Origin: Thermodesulfobacteriota bacterium
GTDB taxonomy: Bacteria > Desulfobacterota > Desulfobulbia > Desulfobulbales > SURF-16
Length of the DNA stretch: 11,624 nucleotides
Direction: 5' to 3'
Assembly (NCBI GenBank): GCA_040755455.1
Contig: JBFMAY010000067.1
Coordinates: 1 to 11,624 of the forward strand
Shown: positions 1 through 9,385 of the stretch, piece after piece
Layout of the letters: each line of letters starts with the position of its first letter
Numbering within the stretch: the first letter of the stretch is position 1
Translations under genes and position numbers: made by a program
Notes under the pieces: generated by a model
Told to the model about the DNA's origin: nothing
The model's input: the letters and a program-made list of their open reading frames with translations, nothing else
Databases searched by the model: none

Positions 1-17
1 GGCGAGGGCATAGCTTA

Positions 18-3000
18 ATGAAGGCGAATAAAAGAGTCAGGAAAAGTTTTGCGAAGATCGGCGAAGTAATAGAGAAACCGCACTTGATTGAAATGCAGCG
101 GTTATCCTATGAAAAATTCTTGCAGCTTGACGTTGATCCTGATGAGCGTGAAGATGCAGGATTGCAGGGGATATATAAATCAGTTTTCCCGATTCAGGAT
201 TTTAACGGATTATGCACCCTTGAGTTTGTCCGTTATAATTTTGGTGAGCCTAAATATACGGTTGAGGAATGTGTTGAGCGAGGCATGACCTTTGAGGTGC
301 CGATAAAAATAACGGTGCGTCTTGTCTCCTATGATATCGATCCTGAGACTGAAGCAAAAAGCATCCGGGACATCAAGGAGCAGTCAGTTTATCTGGGTTC
401 CATTCCCCTTATGACAAAATCAGGGGTCTATGTGGTCAATGGTACGGAAAGGGTTATTGTCAGCCAGCTGCAGCGATCTCCCGGTCTTTTTTATGCCCAT
501 GACGGCGGCAAAACCCATGCCGGCGGCAAGCTCTTATATTCCGCGCGGATTATCCCTGTGCGCGGCTCATGGGTTGATCTTGAATTCGACGCCAAGGATA
601 TTCTCCATGTCAGAATTGACCGGCGCCGCAAATTCCCGGTCAGCACCCTTCTTAAGGCCCTTGGCTATTCAGCGCCTGAATTGCTGCGCTATTTTTATGA
701 AACAGAGAAGATTACTTTTTCCGGCGAAAAAATCTTCAAGAAATTTGCGCCGCAAATGGTGGTCGGCCAGCGCGCGCCCCACGACCTGATTCATCCGGAA
801 ACCGGCGAAATTCTCGCCAAGGAAAACAAGAAAATCAGCAAGGCCCTCGCCGCTCGCCTTGAAGAGGCGGGAATCAAGGAGCTGGAGGTCGGTGCGGAAA
901 GTCTGCTGGGCCAGTTCGTTGCCGAGGATATTGTTAATCCAAAAACCGGCGAGGTGATTCTTGCCTGCAACGGGGAGTTGACCGAGTCCATACTGGAGGA
1001 CATCCGCCAGGCCCAGGTCGGGACCATCGAAATTCTTTTTATTGATGGCATCAAGGTGACTGATTCCTTCCGAAAGACCCTTGCCCTTGATAAAGCGGAA
1101 ACCGCTGAGGAGGCCTTGCTGGAAATTTACCGGAGACTGCGGCCGAGCAGCCCGCCAACCCTGGAGATCGCCGTCAAGTTTTTTGAAAATCTCTTTTTTA
1201 ACGCGGACACCTATGATCTTTCTGAAGTCGGGCGTTTTAAAATCAATGCCAAGCTGGGTTTGAAAACACCCATCGAAACTAAAACGCTGACCAAGGAAGA
1301 TATCATGGAGACAGTGCGCTATCTCCTGCGGCTCAAGGATTCCCAAGGGCCGGTTGATGATATTGATCATCTGGGCAACAGAAGGGTGCGGACCGTAGGC
1401 GAGCTGGTGGAAAACCAGTACCGCATGGGATTGGTCCGCATGGAGCGGGCAATTCGTGAGAGAATGAGCCTGCAGGAAGTTGAGACGTTGATGCCCCATG
1501 ATCTGATTAATCCCAAGCCGATTACCGCCGCTATCAAGGAATTTTTCGGCACCAGCCAGCTTTCCCAATTCATGGATCAGACCAATCCGCTGTCCGAGGT
1601 GACCCATAAGAGAAGGCTCAGCGCCTTGGGACCGGGCGGTCTCTCCCGGGAAAGGGCAGGGTTTGAGGTACGTGACGTACATCCGACCCATTATGGCAGG
1701 ATCTGTCCGGTTGAGACCCCTGAGGGGCCGAACATCGGCCTTATTGTCTCGCTTGCCGCATTCGCCAAAGTGAACCAATACGGATTTATTGAAACTCCTT
1801 ATCGCAAGGTGGTGAATCGTAAGGTGACCGACGAGGTCGTCTATATGACGGCCCTGCAGGAAAAGGGCGAGGTGTTTGTGCCGGCCAACGTGGAACTGGA
1901 TAAAAAAAATTATCTGATTTCGGATAACCTCATTGGCCGGGAAGAGGGCGAGGTGGTCATTGCCAGTGCCGACAAGGTGACTTGCATGGATGTGTCACCC
2001 AACCAGCTGGTCAGTGTGGCGGCGTCCATGATTCCGTTTCTGGATAATGACGATGCCAACCGTGCCCTGATGGGTTCCAACATGCAGCGCCAAGGGGTGC
2101 CGCTGCTACGCACCGCTGCCCCTCTTATCGGCACCGGCATGGAAAAGACCGTTGCCCATGATTCCGGGGTCTGTCTTCTCGCTGCTGGGGATGGCGTGGT
2201 GGAGGAAGTTGACGCCAACCGCGTGGTGGTGCGTTATGATAAGCCGGGAACCGATGGCTTTGATACCGGTATCGGCGTTTATCGTCTTGATAAGTATAGA
2301 AAATCCAATCAATCCACTTGTTTCACCCAGACGCCGCTTGCTTTGCCAGGCCAGCGGGTGACCAAGGGCGAGATTCTCGCTGACGGACCTGCCGTTGAGA
2401 CAGGGGAACTGGCCTTGGGCAAGAACGTGACAATCGCCTTCATGCCCTGGCGAGGTTACAATTTCGAGGACTCCATATTGGTCAGTGAAAGGCTGCTGCG
2501 TAACGACACTTACACCTCGCTGCATATAGAAGTTTTTGAAACAGTGGCCCGTGACACCAAGCTTGGCAAGGAGGAAATCACTCGGGATATTCCAAACGTC
2601 AGCGAAGAGAGCCTGCGTAATCTCGACGAAAGCGGCGTGGTCCGCATCGGAGCGGAAATCAAACCTGGCGACACCATGGTAGGCAAGGTGACGCCGAAAG
2701 GTGAATCCCAGCTTTCTCCCGAGGAAAAGCTGCTGCGGGCGATTTTCGGCGAAAAGGCCGGAGATGTGAAGGATACATCATTGCGCGTTCCCCCTGGGGT
2801 TGAGGGGGTGGTCATTGATGCCAAGGTTTTTTCCCGCAAAGGCGTTGAAAAGGATGAGCGGACCCTGACCATTGAAGAGATGGAGATTCGCCGGCTGGAG
2901 CGGGATCGGGATGATGAGATCAGTTGCCTGCAGAAATCCATCAAAAACGGCATTGCCGAGATTTTGCATCAGGAAACTGCGACCTCTCCCGTGCTTACCA

Positions 3001-4103
3001 AGAATGGCGAGATACTGCTTGAAGATGGAGGCGGGATCAGCCTTGATATCCTTGAGAAGATGTCGCTGTCAGCCATTAAGAGAATTGATTATTCAAACCG
3101 GGAAAAACTGCAGGGCGAAGTAGATCTTCTTTTTGAACGGTTTGAGAAGCAGGTTGAGGTGGTCAACGAGCGTTATGATGCGCGCATTAACCGGCTGCGC
3201 AAAGGTGATGACCTGCCTCCTGGCGTAATCAAGATGGTCAAGGTTTACGTTGCCACCAAACGCAAGCTGGCCGTGGGCGATAAAATGGCCGGCCGTCATG
3301 GCAACAAGGGCGTTGTTTCCCGTATCCTGCCTGATGAGGACATGCCCTACTTTGAGGATGGCACCGCGGTTGATGTGGTATTAAATCCCCTCGGCGTTCC
3401 TTCCCGTATGAACGTCGGCCAGGTACTCGAAGTGCATCTTGGCCGCGCGGCCAAGATGCTGGGTGAGCAGATCCAGAAACTGGCTGAAAAAAATGAACTG
3501 GCGGCGGTGAAACAGAAGCTGCAGAAAATTTATTCGGCAAAAGAGTATGCTGCCTTAATCAAGGGTTTGTCCGATAATGCCATTCTCGATATGGCACGCA
3601 AAATGGGCACCGGTCTGCATATCGCCACTCCGGTGTTTGATGGCGCCACTGAGGCTGAAATCCGCAGCATGCTGGTTGAGTCGGGATGCGAGGAGGTGGG
3701 GCAGTCTGTTCTCTATGACGGTCTGACCGGCGACAAATTTGAAAATCCGGTTACCGTCGGTACGATGTACATCATGAAGCTTCATCATCTCGTTGATGAC
3801 AAGATTCATGCCCGTTCCACCGGACCGTATTCATTGGTCACCCAGCAGCCGTTGGGCGGCAAGGCGCAGTTCGGTGGACAGCGTCTTGGAGAAATGGAGG
3901 TTTGGGCGATGGAGGCATATGGTGCGGCATATACACTGCAGGAGTTCCTGACCGTCAAGTCGGATGATGTCAGTGGCCGCACCAAGATGTATGAGAAAAT
4001 AGTCAAAGGCAATAACTTCCTCACCGCCGGCCTGCCGGAATCCTTCCATGTCCTTATTAAAGAGCTGCAGGGTCTTTGCCTCGACATGGAACTGATGGAG
4101 TAA
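18..4103 (+). CDS. rpoB: DNA-directed RNA polymerase subunit beta
   Basis: 1361-aa ORF with hallmark motifs: [11 protein letters not shown], rifampicin cluster [103 protein letters not shown] at 4-8 is a plausible RBS. The frame is also open to the left edge (RGHSL precedes the ATG), so an upstream start cannot be excluded. Confidence 0.99.
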   Translation: MKANKRVRKSFAKIGEVIEKPHLIEMQRLSYEKFLQLDVDPDEREDAGLQGIYKSVFPIQDFNGLCTLEFVRYNFGEPKYTVEECVERGMTFEVPIKITVRLVSYDIDPETEAKSIRDIKEQSVYLGSIPLMTKSGVYVVNGTERVIVSQLQRSPGLFYAHDGGKTHAGGKLLYSARIIPVRGSWVDLEFDAKDILHVRIDRRRKFPVSTLLKALGYSAPELLRYFYETEKITFSGEKIFKKFAPQMVVGQRAPHDLIHPETGEILAKENKKISKALAARLEEAGIKELEVGAESLLGQFVAEDIVNPKTGEVILACNGELTESILEDIRQAQVGTIEILFIDGIKVTDSFRKTLALDKAETAEEALLEIYRRLRPSSPPTLEIAVKFFENLFFNADTYDLSEVGRFKINAKLGLKTPIETKTLTKEDIMETVRYLLRLKDSQGPVDDIDHLGNRRVRTVGELVENQYRMGLVRMERAIRERMSLQEVETLMPHDLINPKPITAAIKEFFGTSQLSQFMDQTNPLSEVTHKRRLSALGPGGLSRERAGFEVRDVHPTHYGRICPVETPEGPNIGLIVSLAAFAKVNQYGFIETPYRKVVNRKVTDEVVYMTALQEKGEVFVPANVELDKKNYLISDNLIGREEGEVVIASADKVTCMDVSPNQLVSVAASMIPFLDNDDANRALMGSNMQRQGVPLLRTAAPLIGTGMEKTVAHDSGVCLLAAGDGVVEEVDANRVVVRYDKPGTDGFDTGIGVYRLDKYRKSNQSTCFTQTPLALPGQRVTKGEILADGPAVETGELALGKNVTIAFMPWRGYNFEDSILVSERLLRNDTYTSLHIEVFETVARDTKLGKEEITRDIPNVSEESLRNLDESGVVRIGAEIKPGDTMVGKVTPKGESQLSPEEKLLRAIFGEKAGDVKDTSLRVPPGVEGVVIDAKVFSRKGVEKDERTLTIEEMEIRRLERDRDDEISCLQKSIKNGIAEILHQETATSPVLTKNGEILLEDGGGISLDILEKMSLSAIKRIDYSNREKLQGEVDLLFERFEKQVEVVNERYDARINRLRKGDDLPPGVIKMVKVYVATKRKLAVGDKMAGRHGNKGVVSRILPDEDMPYFEDGTAVDVVLNPLGVPSRMNVGQVLEVHLGRAAKMLGEQIQKLAEKNELAAVKQKLQKIYSAKEYAALIKGLSDNAILDMARKMGTGLHIATPVFDGATEAEIRSMLVESGCEEVGQSVLYDGLTGDKFENPVTVGTMYIMKLHHLVDDKIHARSTGPYSLVTQQPLGGKAQFGGQRLGEMEVWAMEAYGAAYTLQEFLTVKSDDVSGRTKMYEKIVKGNNFLTAGLPESFHVLIKELQGLCLDMELME
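759..1034 (+). repeat. Protein-level tandem repeat (two ~44-aa BBM2-type modules, 144-nt period) in the beta i4/DR1 insertion region of RpoB
   Basis: [44 protein letters not shown] (759-890) aligns without gaps to [44 protein letters not shown] (903-1034). The DNA core AAACCGGCGA is present in both copies. Confidence 0.8.
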
Positions 4104-4114
4104 AAAAACCGGGG

Positions 4115-4155
4115 GCCTGCTACTCCGTTTGGGAAAGGAGTATCGCTTCTCAGGC
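4115..4155 (+). other. Stem-loop in the rpoB-rpoC spacer
   Basis: TACTCC (4121-4126) pairs with GGAGTA (4137-4142). An outer stem GCCTG (4115-4119)/CAGGC (4151-4155) closes it across an asymmetric internal loop. No U-tract follows immediately. Confidence 0.55.
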
Positions 4156-4206
4156 GTTAAGCTTTGTTTTTGTATATTGAGACAAAAAACGTATAACTTC
4201 TCACAT

Positions 4207-4211
4207 AGGTG
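4207..4211 (+). promoter_or_regulatory. Shine-Dalgarno sequence of rpoC
   Basis: AGGTG, 5 nt upstream of the GTG at 4217. Confidence 0.7.
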
Positions 4212-4216
4212 CTGCC

Positions 4217-7200
4217 GTGGAAGAACTTTTCAGCTTTTTTAATAAAGAAAAAAAGCCTTTTAGATTTAATTCAGTTCGGATTTCTCTTGCCTCGCCGGAA
4301 AAGATTCATGACTGGTCACATGGTGAAGTAAAAAAACCGGAAACCATCAACTACCGGACATTCAAACCGGAACGTGACGGGCTTTTCTGCGCCAAGATTT
4401 TCGGGCCGGTCAAGGACTATGAGTGCAACTGCGGCAAGTATAAACGGATGAAGCACCGCGGTGTTATTTGTGAAAAATGCGGTGTTGAAGTTATTCAATC
4501 AAAAGTTCGCCGCGAACGTCTCGGGCATATTGAACTTGCCTCGCCTGTTGCCCATATCTGGTTTCTCAAGAGTCTGCCCAGCAAAATCGGCAATCTCTGC
4601 GACATGACCTTAAAGGAGCTGGAAAAGGTTCTTTATTTCGACTCCTATGTGGTGGTGACTTCCGAGGAGCCGTCGATTACTGTAGGGTCACTGCTCACCG
4701 AGGAGCAGTACCGGCAGAACCGTGAAGAATATCCCGGCAAATTCACGGTGGGTATCGGTGCGGCGGCAATCAAGGATATCCTGAAAAGCCTTGAGCTCAA
4801 TGAGTTGTCCATCAAGCTCAGGGATGAAATGCGGCAGACGGGCTCTGAGGCCAAACGCAAGAAGCTGGCGAAACGTCTCAATATCGTCGAGGCTTTCCGG
4901 GATTCCGGCAATAAGCCCGAATGGATGATTCTTGATGTCATTCCCGTGCTGCCGCCGGATCTCCGTCCGCTGGTGCCCCTGGAGGGCGGCCGTTTCGCCA
5001 CGTCGGATCTTAATGATCTGTACCGCCGGGTGATCAACCGCAACAACAGGCTGAAACGGTTGCTTGAACTGGACGCGCCGGAGATCATTATCCGCAATGA
5101 AAAACGCATGCTGCAGGAGGCGGTTGACGTGCTGTTTGACAACGGCCGCCGCGGCAAGCTGATCACCGGGCCCAATAAAAGACCGCTCAAATCCTTAAGT
5201 GACATGCTGAAAGGCAAACAGGGCCGGTTCCGCCAGAATCTTCTCGGTAAACGCGTTGATTACTCCGGCCGTACCGTTATTGTCGTCGGCCCGCATCTGC
5301 GTCTCCATCAGTGCGGCCTGCCCAAAAAGATGGCGCTGGAGCTGTTCAAGCCCTTTATCTACAACAAGCTGGAAATGCACGGCTATGTGACCACTATCAA
5401 AAGCGCCCGCAAGATGGTGGAGAAAGAGACCAAGGAGGTGTGGGACGTACTCGATGAGGTGGTCAAGGAATATCCCATTATCCTCAACCGGGCTCCTACT
5501 CTGCATCGTCTCGGCATGCAGGCCTTCGAGCCGGTGCTGATCGAGGGAAAGGCGATTCAGCTGCATCCCCTTGTCTGTTCAGCCTTTAACGCCGACTTTG
5601 ACGGTGACCAGATGGCGGTTCATATACCGTTGACCGTTGAGGCGCAGATGGAAGCCAGGGTATTGATGATGTCCACCAACAACATCCTGTCCCCGGCCCA
5701 CGGCGAGCCCATCATCATACCCAGTCAGGATATCGTCTTGGGACTCTATTACATGACGAGGGAGCGCCTTCATGCCAAAGGTGAAGGCAAGGTCTTCTCC
5801 TCCCCGGATGAGGCGCGTATTGCCTATGACTACGGTGAGGTCCATCTGCAGGCCAAGGTAAAGGTGCGTATTAATGGAGAGATTGTCGACACAACCATCG
5901 GCCGCGTACTGCTTGGCGAACTGCTGCCAGCGTCCGTGCCTTTTTCCGCTATCAACGAGGTAATGAAGAAAAAGGCCCTGGCCAAACTGATCGATTACAC
6001 CTATCGTCACGCCGGCACCAAGGAAACAGTCATCCTCGCCGATCGTTTGAAGGATATCGGCTATGAGTTCGCTACCCAGGCGGCAATCTCCATATCCATT
6101 AACGACATGCAGATTCCGGTGAGCAAAGAGGAGATCCTCGCCAAGTCGGAACGCGAGGTAATGGATGTCGAGCAGCAGTATGCCGACGGTCTGATCACTG
6201 CCGGTGAGAAGTACAACAAGGTGGTGGATATCTGGTCCAGGGCAACGGATGATGTGGCCAAAGAAATGATGACGGAACTGAGCGTCCAGTATCTGCGCGA
6301 TAAGGATAAAAAACTGATTGAAACCCCGAGTTTCAACTCGATTTTTATCATGGCCGATTCCGGCGCCAGGGGCAGCAAGGATCAGATCAGGCAGCTTGCC
6401 GGCATGCGTGGTCTCATGGCCAAGCCGTCAGGTGCGATCATCGAGTCCCCCATCAAGGCGAATTTCCGTGAAGGGCTCACTGTTCTTGAATACTTTATTT
6501 CCACCCATGGCGCCCGGAAGGGTCTGGCGGATACGGCCCTGAAAACCGCCAACTCCGGATATCTGACCAGACGACTGGTGGATGTGGCCCAGGATTCAAC
6601 CATTGTGGAGCGTGACTGCGAAACCCTTGACGGTATCATGGCTGAGCCGTTGTTTGAGGGGGGCGAGGTTATTCAGCGGGTTGGTGAGCGTATATTGGGC
6701 CGCGTGGCTCTGGAGGATATCGTTGATCCTTTCACCGGTGACGTTATTGTCCGGTCAGGGGAAGAAATCACGGAGGACAAGGTTGAAGCCATCGAGTATG
6801 CGGGCATCGACCGGGTCATGATCCGTTCTGTTCTTACCTGCAATGCAAGGCGGGGCGTCTGTGTCGCCTGCTATGGCCGCGATCTCGGCCGCGGGCACAT
6901 GGTTAATATCGGTGAGGCGGTGGGCATCATTGCCGCCCAGTCCATCGGCGAACCCGGTACCCAGCTGACCATGAGAACCTTTCACATCGGCGGTACGGCA
7001 AGCCGGAGCGTCATGCAGGCTGAAATACGCACCCTGCACGGTGGCGCCGTCAAGTTCCAGGGGCTCCATTGTGTCAAGAACAATGAAGGAAAGCTGGTGG
7101 TCATGAACAGAAACGGCGAGATCAGCATCCTTGGCACAAAGGGCAGGGAGCGGGAGCGCTATCCGATCACCTACGGTGCCATTCTGAATGTCAACGATGG

Positions 7201-8272
7201 TGATAATGTGGAAGCGGGCAGCCTCATTGCTGACTGGGATCCCTATACCATTCCCATCGTCAGCGAGATTGCCGGTACAGTCAAGTTCGGTGATATTATT
7301 GAGGGTACGACCATGCAGGAGCGGGTTGACCCGATCACCGGCAAGGCCAGCTATGTTATTATCGGTTCCAAAGGTTCGGCCATGAACCCCCGTATTTCAC
7401 TGAAGGGCGATAAGGGCAAGACCCTGAAGCTCTCCGTAACAGGCACCCCTGCCCGCTACTCCCTGCCGGTCGGCACCATCATCAACGTGGAAGAGGGGCA
7501 GGAAATCCAGGCTGGCACAGTTCTGGGCAAGATTCCAAGGGAGACGACCAAGACCAAGGATATCACCGGCGGTCTGCCGAGGGTTGCCGAGCTTTTCGAG
7601 GTGCGCAAGCCCAAGGAGCATGCCTTGATCAGCGAAATCGACGGCCGGGTCAGTTTCGGCAAGGACCTCAAAGGCAAAAAACGGGTCATAGTCACCCCGG
7701 AAATTGGTGAACCCAAAGAGTATCTCATTCCCAAAGGCAAGCACATCAGCGTGCATGAGGGTGACTATGTGAAAGCAGGCGAGCCGCTCATGGATGGCTC
7801 TCCGGATCCGAATGATATTCTCCGGGTCATGGGCGTCAAGGAACTGGCCAAGTTCCTGGTCAATGAGATTCAGGAGGTTTACCGGCTGCAGGGTGTTAAG
7901 ATTAACGACAAACACATTGAGGTCATTGTCCGTCAGATGCTGAGGCGGGTTCAGATCACTGGGGTGGGCGACAGCACCTTCATGCTTGGTGAACAGGTGG
8001 AATGGTGGAAGTTTAACGAGGAAAACGAAAAGCTGCTCAAGCAGGGCGCCAGACCGGCCGTTGCGGAACCGCTGCTGCTGGGCGTCACCAAGGCTTCGCT
8101 GAGTACGGACAGTTTTATTTCTGCCGCGTCATTCCAGGAAACGACCAAGGTGCTCACCAATGCCGCCATGGCGGGCAAAATTGATGATTTGAGTGGTCTT
8201 AAGGAAAATGTCATCATGGGCCGTCTGGTGCCGGCAGGTACCGGCTTGGAACGTTATTCCATGGAGGAATAA
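4217..8272 (+). CDS. rpoC: DNA-directed RNA polymerase subunit beta'
   Basis: 1351-aa ORF with GTG start. Contains the N-terminal Zn finger CNCGKYK...CEKC, catalytic NADFDGD (5588-5608), bridge helix [26 protein letters not shown], second Zn site (DC...[11 protein letters not shown]), trigger loop [12 protein letters not shown]...DITGGLPRV interrupted by a ~188-aa SI3/beta' i6 insertion (6995-7558), and C-terminal [15 protein letters not shown]. Confidence 0.99.
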   Translation: MEELFSFFNKEKKPFRFNSVRISLASPEKIHDWSHGEVKKPETINYRTFKPERDGLFCAKIFGPVKDYECNCGKYKRMKHRGVICEKCGVEVIQSKVRRERLGHIELASPVAHIWFLKSLPSKIGNLCDMTLKELEKVLYFDSYVVVTSEEPSITVGSLLTEEQYRQNREEYPGKFTVGIGAAAIKDILKSLELNELSIKLRDEMRQTGSEAKRKKLAKRLNIVEAFRDSGNKPEWMILDVIPVLPPDLRPLVPLEGGRFATSDLNDLYRRVINRNNRLKRLLELDAPEIIIRNEKRMLQEAVDVLFDNGRRGKLITGPNKRPLKSLSDMLKGKQGRFRQNLLGKRVDYSGRTVIVVGPHLRLHQCGLPKKMALELFKPFIYNKLEMHGYVTTIKSARKMVEKETKEVWDVLDEVVKEYPIILNRAPTLHRLGMQAFEPVLIEGKAIQLHPLVCSAFNADFDGDQMAVHIPLTVEAQMEARVLMMSTNNILSPAHGEPIIIPSQDIVLGLYYMTRERLHAKGEGKVFSSPDEARIAYDYGEVHLQAKVKVRINGEIVDTTIGRVLLGELLPASVPFSAINEVMKKKALAKLIDYTYRHAGTKETVILADRLKDIGYEFATQAAISISINDMQIPVSKEEILAKSEREVMDVEQQYADGLITAGEKYNKVVDIWSRATDDVAKEMMTELSVQYLRDKDKKLIETPSFNSIFIMADSGARGSKDQIRQLAGMRGLMAKPSGAIIESPIKANFREGLTVLEYFISTHGARKGLADTALKTANSGYLTRRLVDVAQDSTIVERDCETLDGIMAEPLFEGGEVIQRVGERILGRVALEDIVDPFTGDVIVRSGEEITEDKVEAIEYAGIDRVMIRSVLTCNARRGVCVACYGRDLGRGHMVNIGEAVGIIAAQSIGEPGTQLTMRTFHIGGTASRSVMQAEIRTLHGGAVKFQGLHCVKNNEGKLVVMNRNGEISILGTKGRERERYPITYGAILNVNDGDNVEAGSLIADWDPYTIPIVSEIAGTVKFGDIIEGTTMQERVDPITGKASYVIIGSKGSAMNPRISLKGDKGKTLKLSVTGTPARYSLPVGTIINVEEGQEIQAGTVLGKIPRETTKTKDITGGLPRVAELFEVRKPKEHALISEIDGRVSFGKDLKGKKRVIVTPEIGEPKEYLIPKGKHISVHEGDYVKAGEPLMDGSPDPNDILRVMGVKELAKFLVNEIQEVYRLQGVKINDKHIEVIVRQMLRRVQITGVGDSTFMLGEQVEWWKFNEENEKLLKQGARPAVAEPLLLGVTKASLSTDSFISAASFQETTKVLTNAAMAGKIDDLSGLKENVIMGRLVPAGTGLERYSMEE

Positions 8273-8324
8273 GATTCTCGATTGTTGAAAAGATGCCGCG
8301 GGTCAGGCGAATGAAAGTTTATTC

Positions 8325-8353
8325 TTGACACATGCAAGAGCATCGAGTATTTA
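8325..8353 (+). promoter_or_regulatory. Putative sigma70-type promoter of the str operon
   Basis: Perfect -35 TTGACA (8325-8330), 17-bp spacer, imperfect -10 TATTTA (8348-8353). An AT-rich tract lies just upstream (ATGAAAGTTTATTC), and the site is ~80 nt before rpsL. Confidence 0.6.
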
Positions 8354-8376
8354 TTCCGTTTTTCGTGATCAAGTAT

Positions 8377-8403
8377 TTGGCCTTCCTCTAAGGAAGACCC
8401 CAA
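8377..8403 (+). other. Hairpin in the rpsL 5' leader
   Basis: CTTCCT (8382-8387)-CTA-AGGAAG (8391-8396), extended by TTGG (8377-8380)/CCAA (8400-8403). Confidence 0.5.
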
Positions 8404-8419
8404 TTATAAAAAAACATGT

Positions 8420-8424
8420 AGGAG
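8420..8424 (+). promoter_or_regulatory. Shine-Dalgarno sequence of rpsL
   Basis: AGGAG, 8 nt upstream of ATG 8433, preceded by an A-rich tract. Confidence 0.8.
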
Positions 8425-8432
8425 TCTAGTCA

Positions 8433-8804
8433 ATGCCAACCATCAACCAGCTGGTAAGGCACGGTCGTAAGCAGTCTGTGAAGCGGACAACAACCCCGGC
8501 TCTGCAGGCCTGCCCGCAGAAACGCGGGGTTTGCGTTCGTGTATATACAACAACACCGAAGAAACCGAACTCTGCTTTGCGTAAGGTGGCCAGGGTGCGT
8601 TTGACCAATGGGATCGAGGTTACTTCCTATATCCCCGGTATTGGCCATAATCTCCAGGAGCATTCAGTGGTTCTCATCAGAGGTGGTAGGGTGAAAGACC
8701 TTCCCGGTGTTCGTTATCATATCATCAGGGGAACACTTGACACGCTGGGTGTCTCAGACAGGAGACAGGGGCGTTCCAAATATGGCGCGAAACGTCCCAA
8801 ATAG
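8433..8804 (+). CDS. rpsL: 30S ribosomal protein S12
   Basis: 123 aa: [44 protein letters not shown]. Confidence 0.99.
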   Translation: MPTINQLVRHGRKQSVKRTTTPALQACPQKRGVCVRVYTTTPKKPNSALRKVARVRLTNGIEVTSYIPGIGHNLQEHSVVLIRGGRVKDLPGVRYHIIRGTLDTLGVSDRRQGRSKYGAKRPK

Positions 8805-8826
8805 TTTACTGCATATAAGGTGATAA

Positions 8827-8833
8827 TAAGGAG
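8827..8833 (+). promoter_or_regulatory. Shine-Dalgarno sequence of rpsG
   Basis: TAAGGAG, 9 nt upstream of ATG 8843. Confidence 0.8.
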
Positions 8834-8842
8834 CTGAAGACA

Positions 8843-9316
8843 ATGCCCAGAAGAAGACTTGTTGCTAAACGTGAAATAAACCCTGATGCCCGCTTTAACA
8901 GCGTGCTTGTATCTAAGTTTATTAATGGGCTGATGCAGCGTGGTAAAAAGAGTGTTGCTCGTACTATCTTTTACGATGCCATGGAAATTCTTGAGTCGTC
9001 GGTTTCCGAGGAAAAGCCTCTGGCGGTTTTTGAGAAAGCCATGGAGCATGTCAGGCCGAAGGTTGAGGTTAAATCCCGTCGGGTTGGTGGTGCGACATAT
9101 CAGGTACCGGTTGAGGTTCGCTCGGAGCGTCGTAATGCATTGGCAATCCGTTGGATAGTAGATTTTTCCCAGAAAAGAAGCGGCAAGTCAATGGCTGAGA
9201 AGCTGGCTTCCGAGCTTGCTGATGCCTTCCATAATCGCGGCTCAGCGGTGAAAAAACGTGAAGATACCCATAAAATGGCTGATGCGAATAAGGCATTTGC
9301 TCATTACCGTTGGTAA
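8843..9316 (+). CDS. rpsG: 30S ribosomal protein S7
   Basis: 157 aa: [44 protein letters not shown]. Confidence 0.99.
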   Translation: MPRRRLVAKREINPDARFNSVLVSKFINGLMQRGKKSVARTIFYDAMEILESSVSEEKPLAVFEKAMEHVRPKVEVKSRRVGGATYQVPVEVRSERRNALAIRWIVDFSQKRSGKSMAEKLASELADAFHNRGSAVKKREDTHKMADANKAFAHYRW

Positions 9317-9373
9317 AAGAGGATTTTTTGCCAGAGTATCTGCGGGCTTTTGATTTGATAGAGATGTTGCGAA

Positions 9374-9379
9374 AAGGGG
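9374..9379 (+). promoter_or_regulatory. Shine-Dalgarno sequence of fusA
   Basis: AAGGGG, 6 nt upstream of GTG 9386. Confidence 0.6.
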
Positions 9380-9385
9380 AACAAA

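Noticed and set aside
1548..1628. Possible rifampicin-resistance allele in RpoB cluster I
   Set aside because: Q513, D516, H526, S531 and L533 equivalents (plus V146 and I572) are wild type. The differences seen (S508T, N518T, I524V, I530L equivalents) are common natural variants.
669..1778. 369-aa antisense ORF inside rpoB (and the other minus-strand ORFs such as 4645-5217, 7397-7915, 9242-9640)
   Set aside because: Shadow frames of highly conserved, codon-biased genes. No recognisable motifs, so no support for real overlapping genes.
6995..7558. Large insertion in the RpoC trigger loop as a possible intein or mobile element
   Set aside because: The ~188-aa length and sequence match the standard SI3/beta' i6 sandwich-barrel hybrid insertion. 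It lacks a Cys/Ser start with a His-Asn end and has no homing endonuclease motifs.
8295..8308. GCC...GGC hairpin as an rpoC terminator
   Set aside because: Only a 3-bp stem and no U-tract.
8293..8328. Small ORF MPRVRRMKVYS in the rpoC-rpsL spacer
   Set aside because: No suitably spaced RBS (GGAGG at 8263-8267 is 25 nt away), and its stop is simply the TGA within the TTGACA box. Most likely chance.
8416..8421. ATG-TAG start-stop overlapping the rpsL RBS
   Set aside because: No RBS of its own, and the TAG arises from the edge of the AGGAG box.
8433..8804. Possible streptomycin-resistance allele in S12
   Set aside because: K42 (PKKPNSA), K87/D88 (RVKDLPG) and P90 equivalents are wild type.
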